Assembly: GCA_037445735.1 (NCBI GenBank)
Contig: JBBIJY010000029.1
Span: 1 to 32,255 of the forward strand
Source of the DNA: Armatimonadota bacterium
Lineage (GTDB): Bacteria; Armatimonadota; Fimbriimonadia; Fimbriimonadales; GBS-DC
Direction: 5' to 3'
DNA length: 32,255 nucleotides
Shown: positions 9,059 to 17,652 of the stretch, one piece after another
Numbering within the stretch: position 1 is the stretch's first letter
Layout of the letters: each line of letters starts with the position of its first letter
Made by a program: the position numbers and the translations under genes
Notes under the pieces: model-generated
The model's input: only the letters and a program-made list of their open reading frames with translations
Databases searched by the model: none
What the model was told of the DNA's origin: nothing

Positions 9059-9856
9059 ATGCGTGAGGAGCTGGTGTGGACGGACGAGGGCGTATCGGAG
9101 AAGCCCTCGCCGTTGCGGGCGACGCTGGAGTTCATCGGCGCGCTCTGGCTGCTGCTGATTGCCACCCTGCGCGGGCTGCTGCTGGGTCGGCTGGAGGGGC
9201 GCGAATGCCTGCACCAGATGGCGTTCATCGGCGCGACCTCCGTGCCGATTGTCGCGCTCACCAGCAGTCTGGCAGGCGCCGTGATCACCCTCTACAGCAC
9301 CTCCCTGCTGCTGCGGGTGGGCGGGAGCGGCTTTGTGGGCGGCGCGCTCAGCGTGGCGATGAGCCGCGAGATTGCGCCCATCCTCACGGGCATCATGATC
9401 ACCGCCCGCTGCGGCTCGGCGATTGCCGCCCAGCTCGGCACGATGAAAATCACCGAGCAGATCGACGCGCTGCGGGCGCTGGGGGTCAGCCCGATTCAGT
9501 ACCTGGTGGTGCCGCGCCTGCTGGCGAGCCTCGTGATGTTCCCTCTGCTGGGCGTGGTGGCGAACTTCGCGGGCGTGCTGGGCGGTCTGGCGGTCGCCAG
9601 CGCGCTGAATGTGCCGGCAACTGTCTACTTCCGCTCCGTGCAACTGTTCACCGAGCCGTTCGATCTGATTGGCGGACTCATCAAGACGGTGGTGTTCGCC
9701 GTGATTGTGATTATGGTGTGCTGTCAGCAGGGGCTTGGGGCACGAGGCGGTGCGGCGGGCGTCGGGCACGCCACCACGCGCGCCGTCGTGCTGTCGATGG
9801 TGCTGATCTTTGTCGCCAACTACTTCCTCGCCGACGCGCTGTTCGCCAAACGGTGA
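9059..9856 (+). CDS. mlaE: MlaE-family ABC permease (MCE lipid transport)
   Basis: REIAPILTGIMITARCGSAIAAQLGTMKITEQIDALRALGVSPIQYLVVPR and GVGHATTRAVV. ATG lies 7 nt after ggTACACT. Confidence 0.88.
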   Translation: MREELVWTDEGVSEKPSPLRATLEFIGALWLLLIATLRGLLLGRLEGRECLHQMAFIGATSVPIVALTSSLAGAVITLYSTSLLLRVGGSGFVGGALSVAMSREIAPILTGIMITARCGSAIAAQLGTMKITEQIDALRALGVSPIQYLVVPRLLASLVMFPLLGVVANFAGVLGGLAVASALNVPATVYFRSVQLFTEPFDLIGGLIKTVVFAVIVIMVCCQQGLGARGGAAGVGHATTRAVVLSMVLIFVANYFLADALFAKR

Positions 9857-10623
9857 TGGGCACAAAAGAGCAAGCCATCGTTCCTGCGATTGAGCTGCGC
9901 CAGCTCGCCTACACGGTGAACGGGCGCCCGATTCTGAAGGGCATCGATCTGCAGGTTGCGCCCGGCGAGATTGTGGCGGTGATGGGACCGTCGGGCTGCG
10001 GCAAAACCACCCTGCTCAAGTGCATCGCGGGGCTGCTGCGCCCAACCAGCGGCGAGGTGTATATCGAGGGAACAGAGATCGGGCATCTAAGCGAGCGGGA
10101 ACGCATGCCCATGCGCCTCAAGCTGGGGATTGTGTTTCAGTACGCCGCACTGTTCGATTATCTGACGGTGTTCGAGAATGTGGCGTTCGGGCTGGTGCGC
10201 CATCGGCGGTTGAAGCGGGCGGAGGTGGAACAGATTGTGCGCGAGCGGCTGGCGTGGGTGGGGCTGGAAGGCGTGGAGCATCTCTACCCGTCGCAGCTGT
10301 CGGGCGGGATGCGCAAGCGCGTCGGGCTGGCACGCGCGCTCGCCCTGGACCCCCACATCGTGCTGTTCGACGAGCCGACCAGCGGGCTGGACCCTGTGAA
10401 CGCCTATCAGATCGACACGCTCATCCATCGCCTGAACCGCGAGCTGGGGCTGACCGCCGTGATTGTCTCGCACGATGTGGTCAGCGTGTTCCGCACCGCC
10501 GAACGCATTTTGATGATGGACGAGGGTCAGATTCTGCTGGACGGCACGCCCGACACGATTCGCGCATGCGACCATCCGCAGGTACAGGCGTTTTTACGGA
10601 TGGCATCGGCAGAGAGGCTGTGA
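9856..10623 (+). CDS. mlaF: MlaF/Mkl-family ABC ATP-binding protein
   Basis: GPSGCGKTT, FQYAALFD, LSGGMRKRVGLARALALDP, DEPTSGLDP. TGATG coupling to mlaE. Confidence 0.88.
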   Translation: MGTKEQAIVPAIELRQLAYTVNGRPILKGIDLQVAPGEIVAVMGPSGCGKTTLLKCIAGLLRPTSGEVYIEGTEIGHLSERERMPMRLKLGIVFQYAALFDYLTVFENVAFGLVRHRRLKRAEVEQIVRERLAWVGLEGVEHLYPSQLSGGMRKRVGLARALALDPHIVLFDEPTSGLDPVNAYQIDTLIHRLNRELGLTAVIVSHDVVSVFRTAERILMMDEGQILLDGTPDTIRACDHPQVQAFLRMASAERL

Positions 10624-10629
10624 ACACGC

Positions 10630-11073
10630 TCAGCGGAACTCGAAATCGACCACCTTCCAGCCGCCATCGGTGGGCACCACATACACAAACGCCGTGCCGT
10701 AGTTCAACTCGCCCTGCACATGGTACTGGATACGCCAGGCGTCGCTCATGCGGGGATGCTTCAGCTCGGCAGGCGCCTGCACCGACTCCACCAGCTCCAC
10801 TGAGGTGATGGTGCCCCAGCCGTATTGCTGACGCTCCTGCCACGCCTTTTTAATATCCTGCTTCTCTCTGGGGAGAGCCGATTTATCGACGAGCTGTTCC
10901 GCTTCCTGGAACTGATTTTTCGCCAGTGCGCGAATGAACTCATCGGCGACGCGCTGATAGGGCGGGCGGCGCATCTCGCCCATCACAGGCGCCAGCGCCA
11001 CCAGCAGAAAAATCACCGCGATGCCCAGAAAGAACCACACCAGCCAGTGAACCCGACCTGCCGACCGCTGCAT
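10630..11073 (-). CDS. Membrane-anchored hypothetical protein (NTF2-like/DUF4878-like pattern)
   Basis: SD AGGAGG and -10 ggTAAAAT upstream; N-terminal TM; 'VADEFIRAL..FQEAEQL' and C-terminal 'GGWKVVDF'. Confidence 0.7.
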   Translation of the reverse strand: MQRSAGRVHWLVWFFLGIAVIFLLVALAPVMGEMRRPPYQRVADEFIRALAKNQFQEAEQLVDKSALPREKQDIKKAWQERQQYGWGTITSVELVESVQAPAELKHPRMSDAWRIQYHVQGELNYGTAFVYVVPTDGGWKVVDFEFR

Positions 11074-11262
11074 AGGTGCCTCCTCGCTTTATTTTACCTT
11101 GTACACCGTCACGCGCCCTCCAGGAGGAGAGCGGGAAGGAGAGGTGAGTTGAGCAGGGCGGTGCCGCGTCCTCACCAGATGCACGCCGTTGAGAAGTCGC
11201 TGGCGCGGATATATCTGGACGAGCGATTTTGCCTTTTTAAACCCATGCTCCAGAACAAAAAC

Positions 11263-11336
11263 TGGCTGCGGGGGGTGGATTCGAACCACCACTACCAGAT
11301 CCAGAGTCTGGCGTCCTGCCGTTAGACGACCCCGCA
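11263..11336 (-). tRNA. tRNA-Gln (anticodon CTG)
   Basis: TGCGGGG acceptor stem, anticodon arm CCAGA-CTCTGGA-TCTGG, T-arm GGTGGTTCGAATCCACC, encoded CCA; 74 nt. Confidence 0.96.
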
Positions 11337-11346
11337 ACACATAATG

Positions 11347-11377
11347 ATTATACCCCCTTCACCCCATGCTGTGTCAA
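11347..11377 (-). promoter_or_regulatory. Sigma70-type promoter of tRNA-Gln (TTGACA-N19-TATAAT)
   Basis: Both consensus hexamers are perfect on the minus strand; the -10 ends 10 nt before the tRNA. Confidence 0.7.
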
Positions 11378-11385
11378 GCCTTGCC

Positions 11386-11499
11386 GAGGCTGTTCGAAAA
11401 TTCAGGGCATCATATCGACCTGAGCGAAGCTCCCTCACCAGTGCCCTCTCCCCAGCGGGGAGAGGGTCGGGGTGGGGGGCGGAATTTTCGAACACCCTC
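11386..11499. mobile_element. 114-bp MITE with 18-bp terminal inverted repeats related to the IS end at 31683
   Basis: Left GAGGCTGTTCGAAAATTC; right (reverse complement) GAGGGTGTTCGAAAATTC, 17/18 identical. IS end is GAGGGTGTTCGAAAAATC. Contains an internal palindrome. Confidence 0.75.
11432..11480. repeat. REP-like palindrome (CCCTCACC...CCCTCTCCCC-AGC-GGGGAGAGGG) inside the MITE
   Basis: 10-bp stem; related copy at 21363-21406. Confidence 0.7.
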
Positions 11500-11507
11500 C
11501 CAACCCC

Positions 11508-11539
11508 TTGACTTTTTTGTCAGGCGTCGGGTATATAAT
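11508..11539 (+). promoter_or_regulatory. Sigma70-type promoter of groESL (TTGACT ... TATATAAT)
   Basis: TTGACT at 11508-11513; TATATA at 11532 or TATAAT at 11534 (18 or 20 bp spacer). Directly upstream of CIRCE. Confidence 0.65.
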
Positions 11540-11549
11540 AAGGCGTTGA

Positions 11550-11576
11550 TGGGCACTCGCGAATGGCGAGTGCTAA
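11550..11576 (+). promoter_or_regulatory. CIRCE element (HrcA operator)
   Basis: TGGGCACTC-N9-GAGTGCTAA versus consensus TTAGCACTC-N9-GAGTGCTAA, upstream of groES. Confidence 0.88.
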
Positions 11577-11632
11577 TTTTATGCCCTATCGTGGTGGTGT
11601 CCAGAACTCACAACGAAGGAGGTGTAATAACA

Positions 11633-11920
11633 ATGCTGAAACCTATCGGCGATCGTGTGGTGGTCCGCCCAAAATCGGCGGAGGAGATGACAAAAAGCGG
11701 TATCATATTGCCCGATACAGCGAAGGAACGCCCGCAAGAGGGCGAAGTGATGGCGGTAGGCACAGGGCGCATACTGGATGACGGACGGGTCGTCCCACTG
11801 GAAGTCAAGGTCGGCGATCGGGTGCTTTTCTCCAAGTACGGCGGCACCGAGATTAAACTCGGCAACGAGGAGTATATTATATTGCGCGAAGACGATATTC
11901 TCGCCATTCTGCAGGATTGA
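11633..11920 (+). CDS. groES: Co-chaperonin GroES
   Basis: [47 protein letters not shown]. Confidence 0.98.
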   Translation: MLKPIGDRVVVRPKSAEEMTKSGIILPDTAKERPQEGEVMAVGTGRILDDGRVVPLEVKVGDRVLFSKYGGTEIKLGNEEYIILREDDILAILQD

Positions 11921-11934
11921 GGAGGTGAGCAACG

Positions 11935-13542
11935 ATGGCAGCGAAGGAGATTCTGTATAATGAGCAGGCACGCCACGCGCTGGAGCGCGGAGTGGACGCC
12001 ATCGCGAACGCGGTCAAAGTCACACTCGGTCCGCGCGGGCGCAATGTGGTGCTGGAAAAGAAGTTCGGCTCGCCAACTGTGATTAACGACGGCGTAACGA
12101 TTGCCAAAGAGATTGAGCTGGAAGATCGGTTTGAGAACATGGGAGCGCAACTGGTGCGCGAGGTTGCGTCCAAGACGAACGATGTGGCAGGCGACGGCAC
12201 GACCACCGCGACGGTGCTGGCGCAGGCAATCTTCAAGGAGGGGCTGAAAGCCGTTGCCGCCGGCGCCAACCCCGTCCAGGTCAAGCGCGGCATCGAGCGT
12301 GCCGTCGAAGCCGTTGTGAACTACATCCGTGAGGTCGCCATCCCCGTCGAGGGGCGCGAAGCCATCGAACAGGTGGCGACCATCTCCGCGAATGATCCCG
12401 CCATCGGTAAGGTCGTCGCCGACGCCATCGAAAAGGTCACCAAAGACGGTGTGATCACCGTCGAGGAATCGAAGGGCACGGAGACCACCCTCGAGATTGT
12501 GGAGGGCATGCGCTTCGATCGCGGCTACATCTCGCCCTACTTCATCACCGACCCGGAGCGCATGGAAGCCGTGCTGGAGGAGCCTTATATCCTGCTCTAC
12601 GAGAAGAAGATCAGCGCAGCACAGGACCTCATCCCGATTCTGGAGCAGGTGGTGCGCGCGGGCAAGCCGTTGCTGGTCATCTGTGAGGATATGGAGGGTG
12701 AGGCGCTGGCGACGCTGGTGGTGAACAAGCTGCGCGGCGTGCTGCAGTGCGCCGCCGTCAAAGCGCCCGGCTTCGGCGAGCGACGCAAGGCGATGATGGA
12801 AGACATCGCCATCCTCACCGGCGGCACCTTCTTCACCGAAGACCTCGGCATCAAACTGGAGAACATCCGCCTGGAGCAGCTCGGTCGCGCCGAGAAGGTG
12901 ATTATCGAGAAGGAGTACACCACCATCGTCGGCGGCAAGGGCAAGCCCGAAGCCATTCAGGGGCGCATCGCCCAGATCCGCAAACAGATTGAAACCACCG
13001 AATCGGACTACGACCGTGAGAAGCTGCAGGAGCGACTGGCGAAGCTGGCGGGCGGTGTCGCCGTAATCAAGGTCGGCGCTGCCACCGAGACCGAGCTGAA
13101 GGAGAAGAAGTCGCGCTTCGAGGACGCCATCCATGCCACCAAAGCCGCCGTCGAGGAGGGCATCGTGCCCGGTGGCGGCGTCACGCTGGTGAATGCCATC
13201 CGCGCGCTGGATAACCTGCAGGTGGAGGGCGACGAGCGCATCGGGGTCAACATCGTGCGCCGCGCGCTGGAAGAGCCACTGCGCCAGATCGCTCAGAACG
13301 CAGGCGCAGAAGGCTCCGTCATCGTGGAGAAGGTCAAGGAACTCCCCGCTGGACACGGCTTCAACGCCGCCACTGGCGAGTTCGTCGATATGGTCAAAGC
13401 GGGCATCGTCGACCCCGCCAAGGTGGCACGCACCGCGCTGGAGAACGCCGCGTCGATCGCCTCCATGCTGCTGACCACCGAGGCGCTGGTCGCCGAACTG
13501 CCCGAAGAGAAGGAGAAAAAGGCTTCCACCTCCCCCTACTGA
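11935..13542 (+). CDS. groEL: Chaperonin GroEL
   Basis: [46 protein letters not shown]. Confidence 0.99.
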   Translation: MAAKEILYNEQARHALERGVDAIANAVKVTLGPRGRNVVLEKKFGSPTVINDGVTIAKEIELEDRFENMGAQLVREVASKTNDVAGDGTTTATVLAQAIFKEGLKAVAAGANPVQVKRGIERAVEAVVNYIREVAIPVEGREAIEQVATISANDPAIGKVVADAIEKVTKDGVITVEESKGTETTLEIVEGMRFDRGYISPYFITDPERMEAVLEEPYILLYEKKISAAQDLIPILEQVVRAGKPLLVICEDMEGEALATLVVNKLRGVLQCAAVKAPGFGERRKAMMEDIAILTGGTFFTEDLGIKLENIRLEQLGRAEKVIIEKEYTTIVGGKGKPEAIQGRIAQIRKQIETTESDYDREKLQERLAKLAGGVAVIKVGAATETELKEKKSRFEDAIHATKAAVEEGIVPGGGVTLVNAIRALDNLQVEGDERIGVNIVRRALEEPLRQIAQNAGAEGSVIVEKVKELPAGHGFNAATGEFVDMVKAGIVDPAKVARTALENAASIASMLLTTEALVAELPEEKEKKASTSPY

Positions 13543-13567
13543 CACACAGACCACTCACCCCCCAATA

Positions 13568-13599
13568 GCCGGGGCTGAAAAGCCCCGGCATTTTTTTTT
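13568..13599 (+). terminator. Intrinsic terminator of groESL
   Basis: GCCGGGGCT-GAAA-AGCCCCGGC followed by A and T9. Confidence 0.9.
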
Positions 13600-14362
13600 A
13601 CTGGCTCTGAACCCTCAACGCCGCCCCCACCTTCGAACGCCGCCAGTAGAGATAGACACCGATCGCCATCACGGCTATCGCCGCCAGATGACCGTAGGTC
13701 CAGAAGCCCGCGATCGGCTCGGAGGTCGCGCCTGCCCGAAAGAACTCCACGATGAACCGATACAGCCCGTGCAGCATCAGAAACAGCGCGAACAGCTGCC
13801 CCTGAAAGCGGCGGCGCGGCTCCCGCCGAACCAGCACCACAAAAATAATCAGGTTCATCAGGGTTGAGTAGAGCTGGGTGGGATGCACCGACGTGCTGAG
13901 TGCGGGGAAGCGCACGCCCCACGGTAAATCGGTCGGTTGCCCGTAGCAGCAGCCTGCCAGGAAGCAGCCGATTCGCGCAATCGCATAGCCGAGCGCGAGC
14001 GACGGTGCCGCCAGATCCGCCACCTGCCAGGCGTTCAATCGGCGTCGCCACACCAGCCAGAGACCCATCAGCGCGCCCGCCGCAAACCCGCCAAAAAACG
14101 ACAGCCCGCCCTCCCACACGCGCAGCACGCTCCACCAATCACCCCGATAGAGGCTCCAGTTGGTCAGCACATAGACCAGTCGCCCGCCCACAATCCCTGC
14201 CAGCACCATCGCGAACGACAGGTCATACACCGTGTCGCTGGCGATCCCGTAGCGGGATGCGGCGCGTGCGCCCCGCCAGGTCGCCAGCAGAATCCCGATT
14301 GCCCACATCAAGCCGTAGGTGTGCAGCGCGAAGTTGCCCCAGCGCACCAGATCGGGCATCAT
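13598..14362 (-). CDS. lgt: Prolipoprotein diacylglyceryl transferase
   Basis: TYGLM, GGRLVYV, VWEGGLSFFGG, RIGCFLAGCCYG, HPTQLY, RFIVEFFR. Confidence 0.95.
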   Translation of the reverse strand: MMPDLVRWGNFALHTYGLMWAIGILLATWRGARAASRYGIASDTVYDLSFAMVLAGIVGGRLVYVLTNWSLYRGDWWSVLRVWEGGLSFFGGFAAGALMGLWLVWRRRLNAWQVADLAAPSLALGYAIARIGCFLAGCCYGQPTDLPWGVRFPALSTSVHPTQLYSTLMNLIIFVVLVRREPRRRFQGQLFALFLMLHGLYRFIVEFFRAGATSEPIAGFWTYGHLAAIAVMAIGVYLYWRRSKVGAALRVQSQ

Positions 14363-14832
14363 GGCGATTGCGCCTCCTCCGATTCGGCAGATTGCTCCGA
14401 CTCCGCACGCGAGCCGAACAACTGCATCAGCACCAGCCCCACCAGCGCCACCGTGATCGCCATATCCGCCACATTAAAGACAGGCCAGAGCAGCAGATCG
14501 AACATGTCCACCACATAGCCGTGTCGCAGGCGGTCGATGAGGTTGCCCGCCGCGCCGCCGAACAGCAATCCCAGCAGCACCTGCACCGCGCGCGACGGCT
14601 TCGCCCGACGCAGGTACAGCACAATCCCACCCATCACGATCAGCGACAGCGGGACCGTGAGCCAGCCCCTGCCATCTAATAAGCCGAACGCAATCCCCGT
14701 GTTGTGCGTGCGCGTCAGATGGAACACGCCGGGAATCACGGGCAGGCTCTGAGAGGGGTGCAGGCTGCTCACAACCCACTGCTTGCTTGCCTGATCCAGC
14801 ACCAGTACCGCCGCTGCCACCAGCCAGAACAT
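14359..14832 (-). CDS. lspA: Signal peptidase II
   Basis: DQASK, NTGIAFG, GAAGNLIDR, VVD, FNVAD. Confidence 0.95.
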   Translation of the reverse strand: MFWLVAAAVLVLDQASKQWVVSSLHPSQSLPVIPGVFHLTRTHNTGIAFGLLDGRGWLTVPLSLIVMGGIVLYLRRAKPSRAVQVLLGLLFGGAAGNLIDRLRHGYVVDMFDLLLWPVFNVADMAITVALVGLVLMQLFGSRAESEQSAESEEAQSP

Positions 14833-14907
14833 GCCACCCAGAGGATACCCACTTTATGCCCGCTCCAGCGAGCGGCTGGTGCGGCGTCGTTGCGGACACG
14901 CCTGAAC

Positions 14908-15609
14908 CTACTTCACGGCTGCCTTCTGGCGCAGACCGAGCCGAATGTTGAGAATCTCCACTCCCAAGGCGAACGCCATCGCGAAGTAGGTGTAGCCTTT
15001 GGGGATGTGGTAGCCGAAGCCCTCGCCTAACAGGTTGAAGCCCACCAGCAGCAGGAACGCCAGCGCCAGCACCTTCAGCGACGGATGCGCATCGATCAGG
15101 CGGCTCACCGTGCCTGAAAAAAGCATCATAAAGATAATCGCCAGCACCACCGCCGTGACCATCACCCACAGCTGGCGTGCCATCCCCACCGCCGTGATGA
15201 CCGAATCGACCGAAAAGACCAGATCGATGAGCAGAATCTGCGCCACAACCGCCCAGAAGGAGAGAAACGCCCGCTTCACCGCCGGCCTGGAGGCGACTTC
15301 GAGCTTGTGATGAATCTCGTAGGTCGCCTTACCCATCAGGAACAGCCCACCGAGAATCAGCACCAGATCGCGCCCCGAAAAGGCATTGCCCAGAATGGTG
15401 AACAGCGGCTGCTCCAGCCTCATCAGCCATGTGAGCGAGAGGAGGAACAGCACCCGCAGGATCAGCGCGAGGCTCAAGCCCACAAAACGCGCCTTCACTC
15501 GCTGATCGGGTGGCAGCTTGTCCGATAAAATCGAAATAAACACCAGATTATCGATGCCCAGCACAATCTCCAGCGCCGTCAGCGTGATCAGAGCAATAAT
15601 CGCTTCCAT
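14908..15609 (-). CDS. TerC-family integral membrane protein
   Basis: LEIVLGIDNLVFI, DLVFSVDSVITAVGM, IPKGYTYFAMAF. Confidence 0.9.
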   Translation of the reverse strand: MEAIIALITLTALEIVLGIDNLVFISILSDKLPPDQRVKARFVGLSLALILRVLFLLSLTWLMRLEQPLFTILGNAFSGRDLVLILGGLFLMGKATYEIHHKLEVASRPAVKRAFLSFWAVVAQILLIDLVFSVDSVITAVGMARQLWVMVTAVVLAIIFMMLFSGTVSRLIDAHPSLKVLALAFLLLVGFNLLGEGFGYHIPKGYTYFAMAFALGVEILNIRLGLRQKAAVK

Positions 15610-15668
15610 CGGGGCATAGTGTACCCGCTGTGGATGGGGTATACTTCTGGGTCAGAGGATAGCAAGCG

Positions 15669-15911
15669 ATGGCAACGGTCAGAACAGGCGGGTTTATCGG
15701 GCGCCTTGTGAAGCGGGTTCAGACCTGGTTCAACGAGGTCACGGCAGAGTTGAAGCGGGTCGTCAAGCCGACGCCGCAGGAGACCACCCAGATGATGATG
15801 GTGGTGATTGGCTTCATTCTGATCGTCGGCGTCTGGTTCGCGCTGTGGGATGTGATTTTGACCAATCTCACCCATCGAATCGAGCAGTGGGTGGAGCGTA
15901 TCGGCAGATAG
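15669..15911 (+). CDS. secE: Preprotein translocase subunit SecE
   Basis: EVTAELKRVVKPT plus one TM helix, directly before nusG. -10 ggggTATACT upstream. Confidence 0.9.
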   Translation: MATVRTGGFIGRLVKRVQTWFNEVTAELKRVVKPTPQETTQMMMVVIGFILIVGVWFALWDVILTNLTHRIEQWVERIGR

Positions 15912-15920
15912 GAGCGAGCG

Positions 15921-16448
15921 ATGCGACGGGCATGGTATGTGGTGCGCACGCTGGTCGGGCACGAGAACAAGGTCAAGCTCGCGATTGAGAAGCGGGCAGC
16001 CGCGCGCGGGCTGACCGATCGCATCTTTCAGGTGCTGATCCCGACCGAGCGCGAGGTGCGCACGAAGGGCGGTAAGAAGCAGACCCTCTCGCGCAAAGTG
16101 TTCCCTGGCTATGTGCTGGTGGAGATGATTTTGGACGACGAGAGCTGGACGCTGGTGCGCACGACGCCGGGCGTCACGGGCTTCATCGAATCGGGCGGTA
16201 AACCCGTGCCGCTCTCGCCCGAAGAGGTGGAGGAGATTCAACGCTCCATCGAAGAGAGCAAGGAGCGCCCGCGCCTGAGCTACCTGCCCGGCGACGCCGT
16301 GCGCGTCACCGCCGGTGCCTTCGCCGACTTCAACGGCAAGGTCGAAAGCATCGACTACGAGCGCAATCGCGTCAAAGTCTTGATCAACATCTTCGGGCGG
16401 GAAACGCCCGTCGAACTGGAACTGGACCAGATCGAAAAGGTCTCATAG
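15921..16448 (+). CDS. nusG: Transcription termination/antitermination factor NusG
   Basis: [38 protein letters not shown]. Confidence 0.97.
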   Translation: MRRAWYVVRTLVGHENKVKLAIEKRAAARGLTDRIFQVLIPTEREVRTKGGKKQTLSRKVFPGYVLVEMILDDESWTLVRTTPGVTGFIESGGKPVPLSPEEVEEIQRSIEESKERPRLSYLPGDAVRVTAGAFADFNGKVESIDYERNRVKVLINIFGRETPVELELDQIEKVS

Positions 16449-16461
16449 GAGGGATACAGGG

Positions 16462-16887
16462 ATGGCAAAAAAGGTGATGACGGTGATCAAGTTGAACCTG
16501 CCCGCGGGCGCAGCGACGCCTGCGCCACCCGTCGGACCCGCGCTGGGTCAGGCTGGGGTCAACATTATGGAGTTTGTGAAGAAGTTCAACGAGCAGACGG
16601 CGAACCAGCGCGGCTCCACGCTACCCGTGGAGATAACCGTCTATGAGGATCGCTCCTTCACCTTCGTGGTGAAGCAGCCGCTGGCGTCGGACCTCATCAA
16701 GCAGGCAGCGGGCATCGAGTCCGGCTCGCCCAACCCGCTTCGCCAGAAGGTGGGACGCATCACACGGGAGCAACTGCGCCAGATCGCCGAACGCAAAATG
16801 CCCGATCTGAACGCCAACGATATCGAAGCCGCCATGCGAATCATCGCCGGCACCGCCCGCTCGATGGGCGTCGAAATCGTCGACTGA
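16462..16887 (+). CDS. rplK: 50S ribosomal protein L11
   Basis: [20 protein letters not shown]. Confidence 0.98.
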   Translation: MAKKVMTVIKLNLPAGAATPAPPVGPALGQAGVNIMEFVKKFNEQTANQRGSTLPVEITVYEDRSFTFVVKQPLASDLIKQAAGIESGSPNPLRQKVGRITREQLRQIAERKMPDLNANDIEAAMRIIAGTARSMGVEIVD

Positions 16888-16903
16888 ACACAGGAGGCAA
16901 CCG

Positions 16904-17650
16904 ATGAGAGGACGCAAAATCGCCAAACGACAGGCACATAGCGAACGCTATCTGAAACTTTTACAGCTGATCGACAAAACGCGCCTCTATTCACCCGAAG
17001 AGGCAATCCGGCTGGTGAAGCAGACCGCCACCGCCAAGTTCGATGAAGCGGTCGATATGGCGGTCAATCTGGGTGTGGACCCGCGCAAGAGCGACCAGAT
17101 GGTGCGCGGCGTGGTGAACCTGCCGCACGGCACGGGCAAAAAGCAGAAGGTGATGGTGTTCGCCAAAGGCGAGCAGGCAGAGGCGGCTCGCGCTGCCGGC
17201 GCCGACCTCGTGGGCGCGGAAGACCTCGTGGAGCAAATCCAGAAGGGCTGGAAAGGCTGGAAAAACTTCGATCTGATCGTCGCTGCGCAGGATATGATGC
17301 CCATTATCAGTCGCATCGGCGGGATTCTCAAGGCGCGGATGCCGAACCCGAAATCGGGCACGGTGTCGCCCGACCCGGCGAAGGTCGTGAGCGACATCAA
17401 GCAGGCGTCGCGCGTGGAGTATCGCGTGGACAAGGCAGGCATCGTGCATATGCCCATCGGGCGCGTGTCGTTCAGCGAGGAGCAGCTCCTGGAGAACTTC
17501 GCCGTCGCGCTGAACGCGCTCCTGCGTGCCAAGCCCGCCACCTCGCGCGGACGCTACCTGCGCGCCATCACCCTCTCCAGCACGATGGGACCGGGCATCC
17601 CCGTCGACCCGAACCTCGCGCAGAAGCTGGCGGAGCAGGTGCGGTCCTGA
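16904..17650 (+). CDS. rplA: 50S ribosomal protein L1
   Basis: AKFDE, LGVDPRKSDQMVRG, LPHGTGK, MPNPKSGTV, SSTMGPG. Confidence 0.97.
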   Translation: MRGRKIAKRQAHSERYLKLLQLIDKTRLYSPEEAIRLVKQTATAKFDEAVDMAVNLGVDPRKSDQMVRGVVNLPHGTGKKQKVMVFAKGEQAEAARAAGADLVGAEDLVEQIQKGWKGWKNFDLIVAAQDMMPIISRIGGILKARMPNPKSGTVSPDPAKVVSDIKQASRVEYRVDKAGIVHMPIGRVSFSEEQLLENFAVALNALLRAKPATSRGRYLRAITLSSTMGPGIPVDPNLAQKLAEQVRS

Positions 17651-17652
17651 TT

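Noticed and set aside
9076..9855. 260-aa N-terminal extension of the MlaF ORF
   Set aside because: It overlaps mlaE in another frame. The TGATG coupling places the start at 9856.
10825..11325. ORF ending ..KNWLRGVDSNHHYQIQSLASCR, which could suggest an integrase remnant at the tRNA 3' end
   Set aside because: The tail is simply the antisense reading of tRNA-Gln. No integrase motif and no duplicated tRNA 3' end (att site) were seen.
11366..11632. N-terminal extension of GroES in the ORF track (184 aa)
   Set aside because: It runs through the MITE, promoter and CIRCE. The real start is ATG 11633 with a strong SD.
11608..13554. 648-aa antisense ORF over groES/groEL, and similar long antisense ORFs such as 18903..21047 and 5026..6105
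   Set aside because: Shadow frames of well-identified genes in GC-rich DNA, with no recognisable motifs.
15610..15668. yybP-ykoY Mn2+ riboswitch expected upstream of a TerC-family gene
   Set aside because: Only 59 bp of intergenic space, occupied by two divergent -10 boxes, with no riboswitch consensus.
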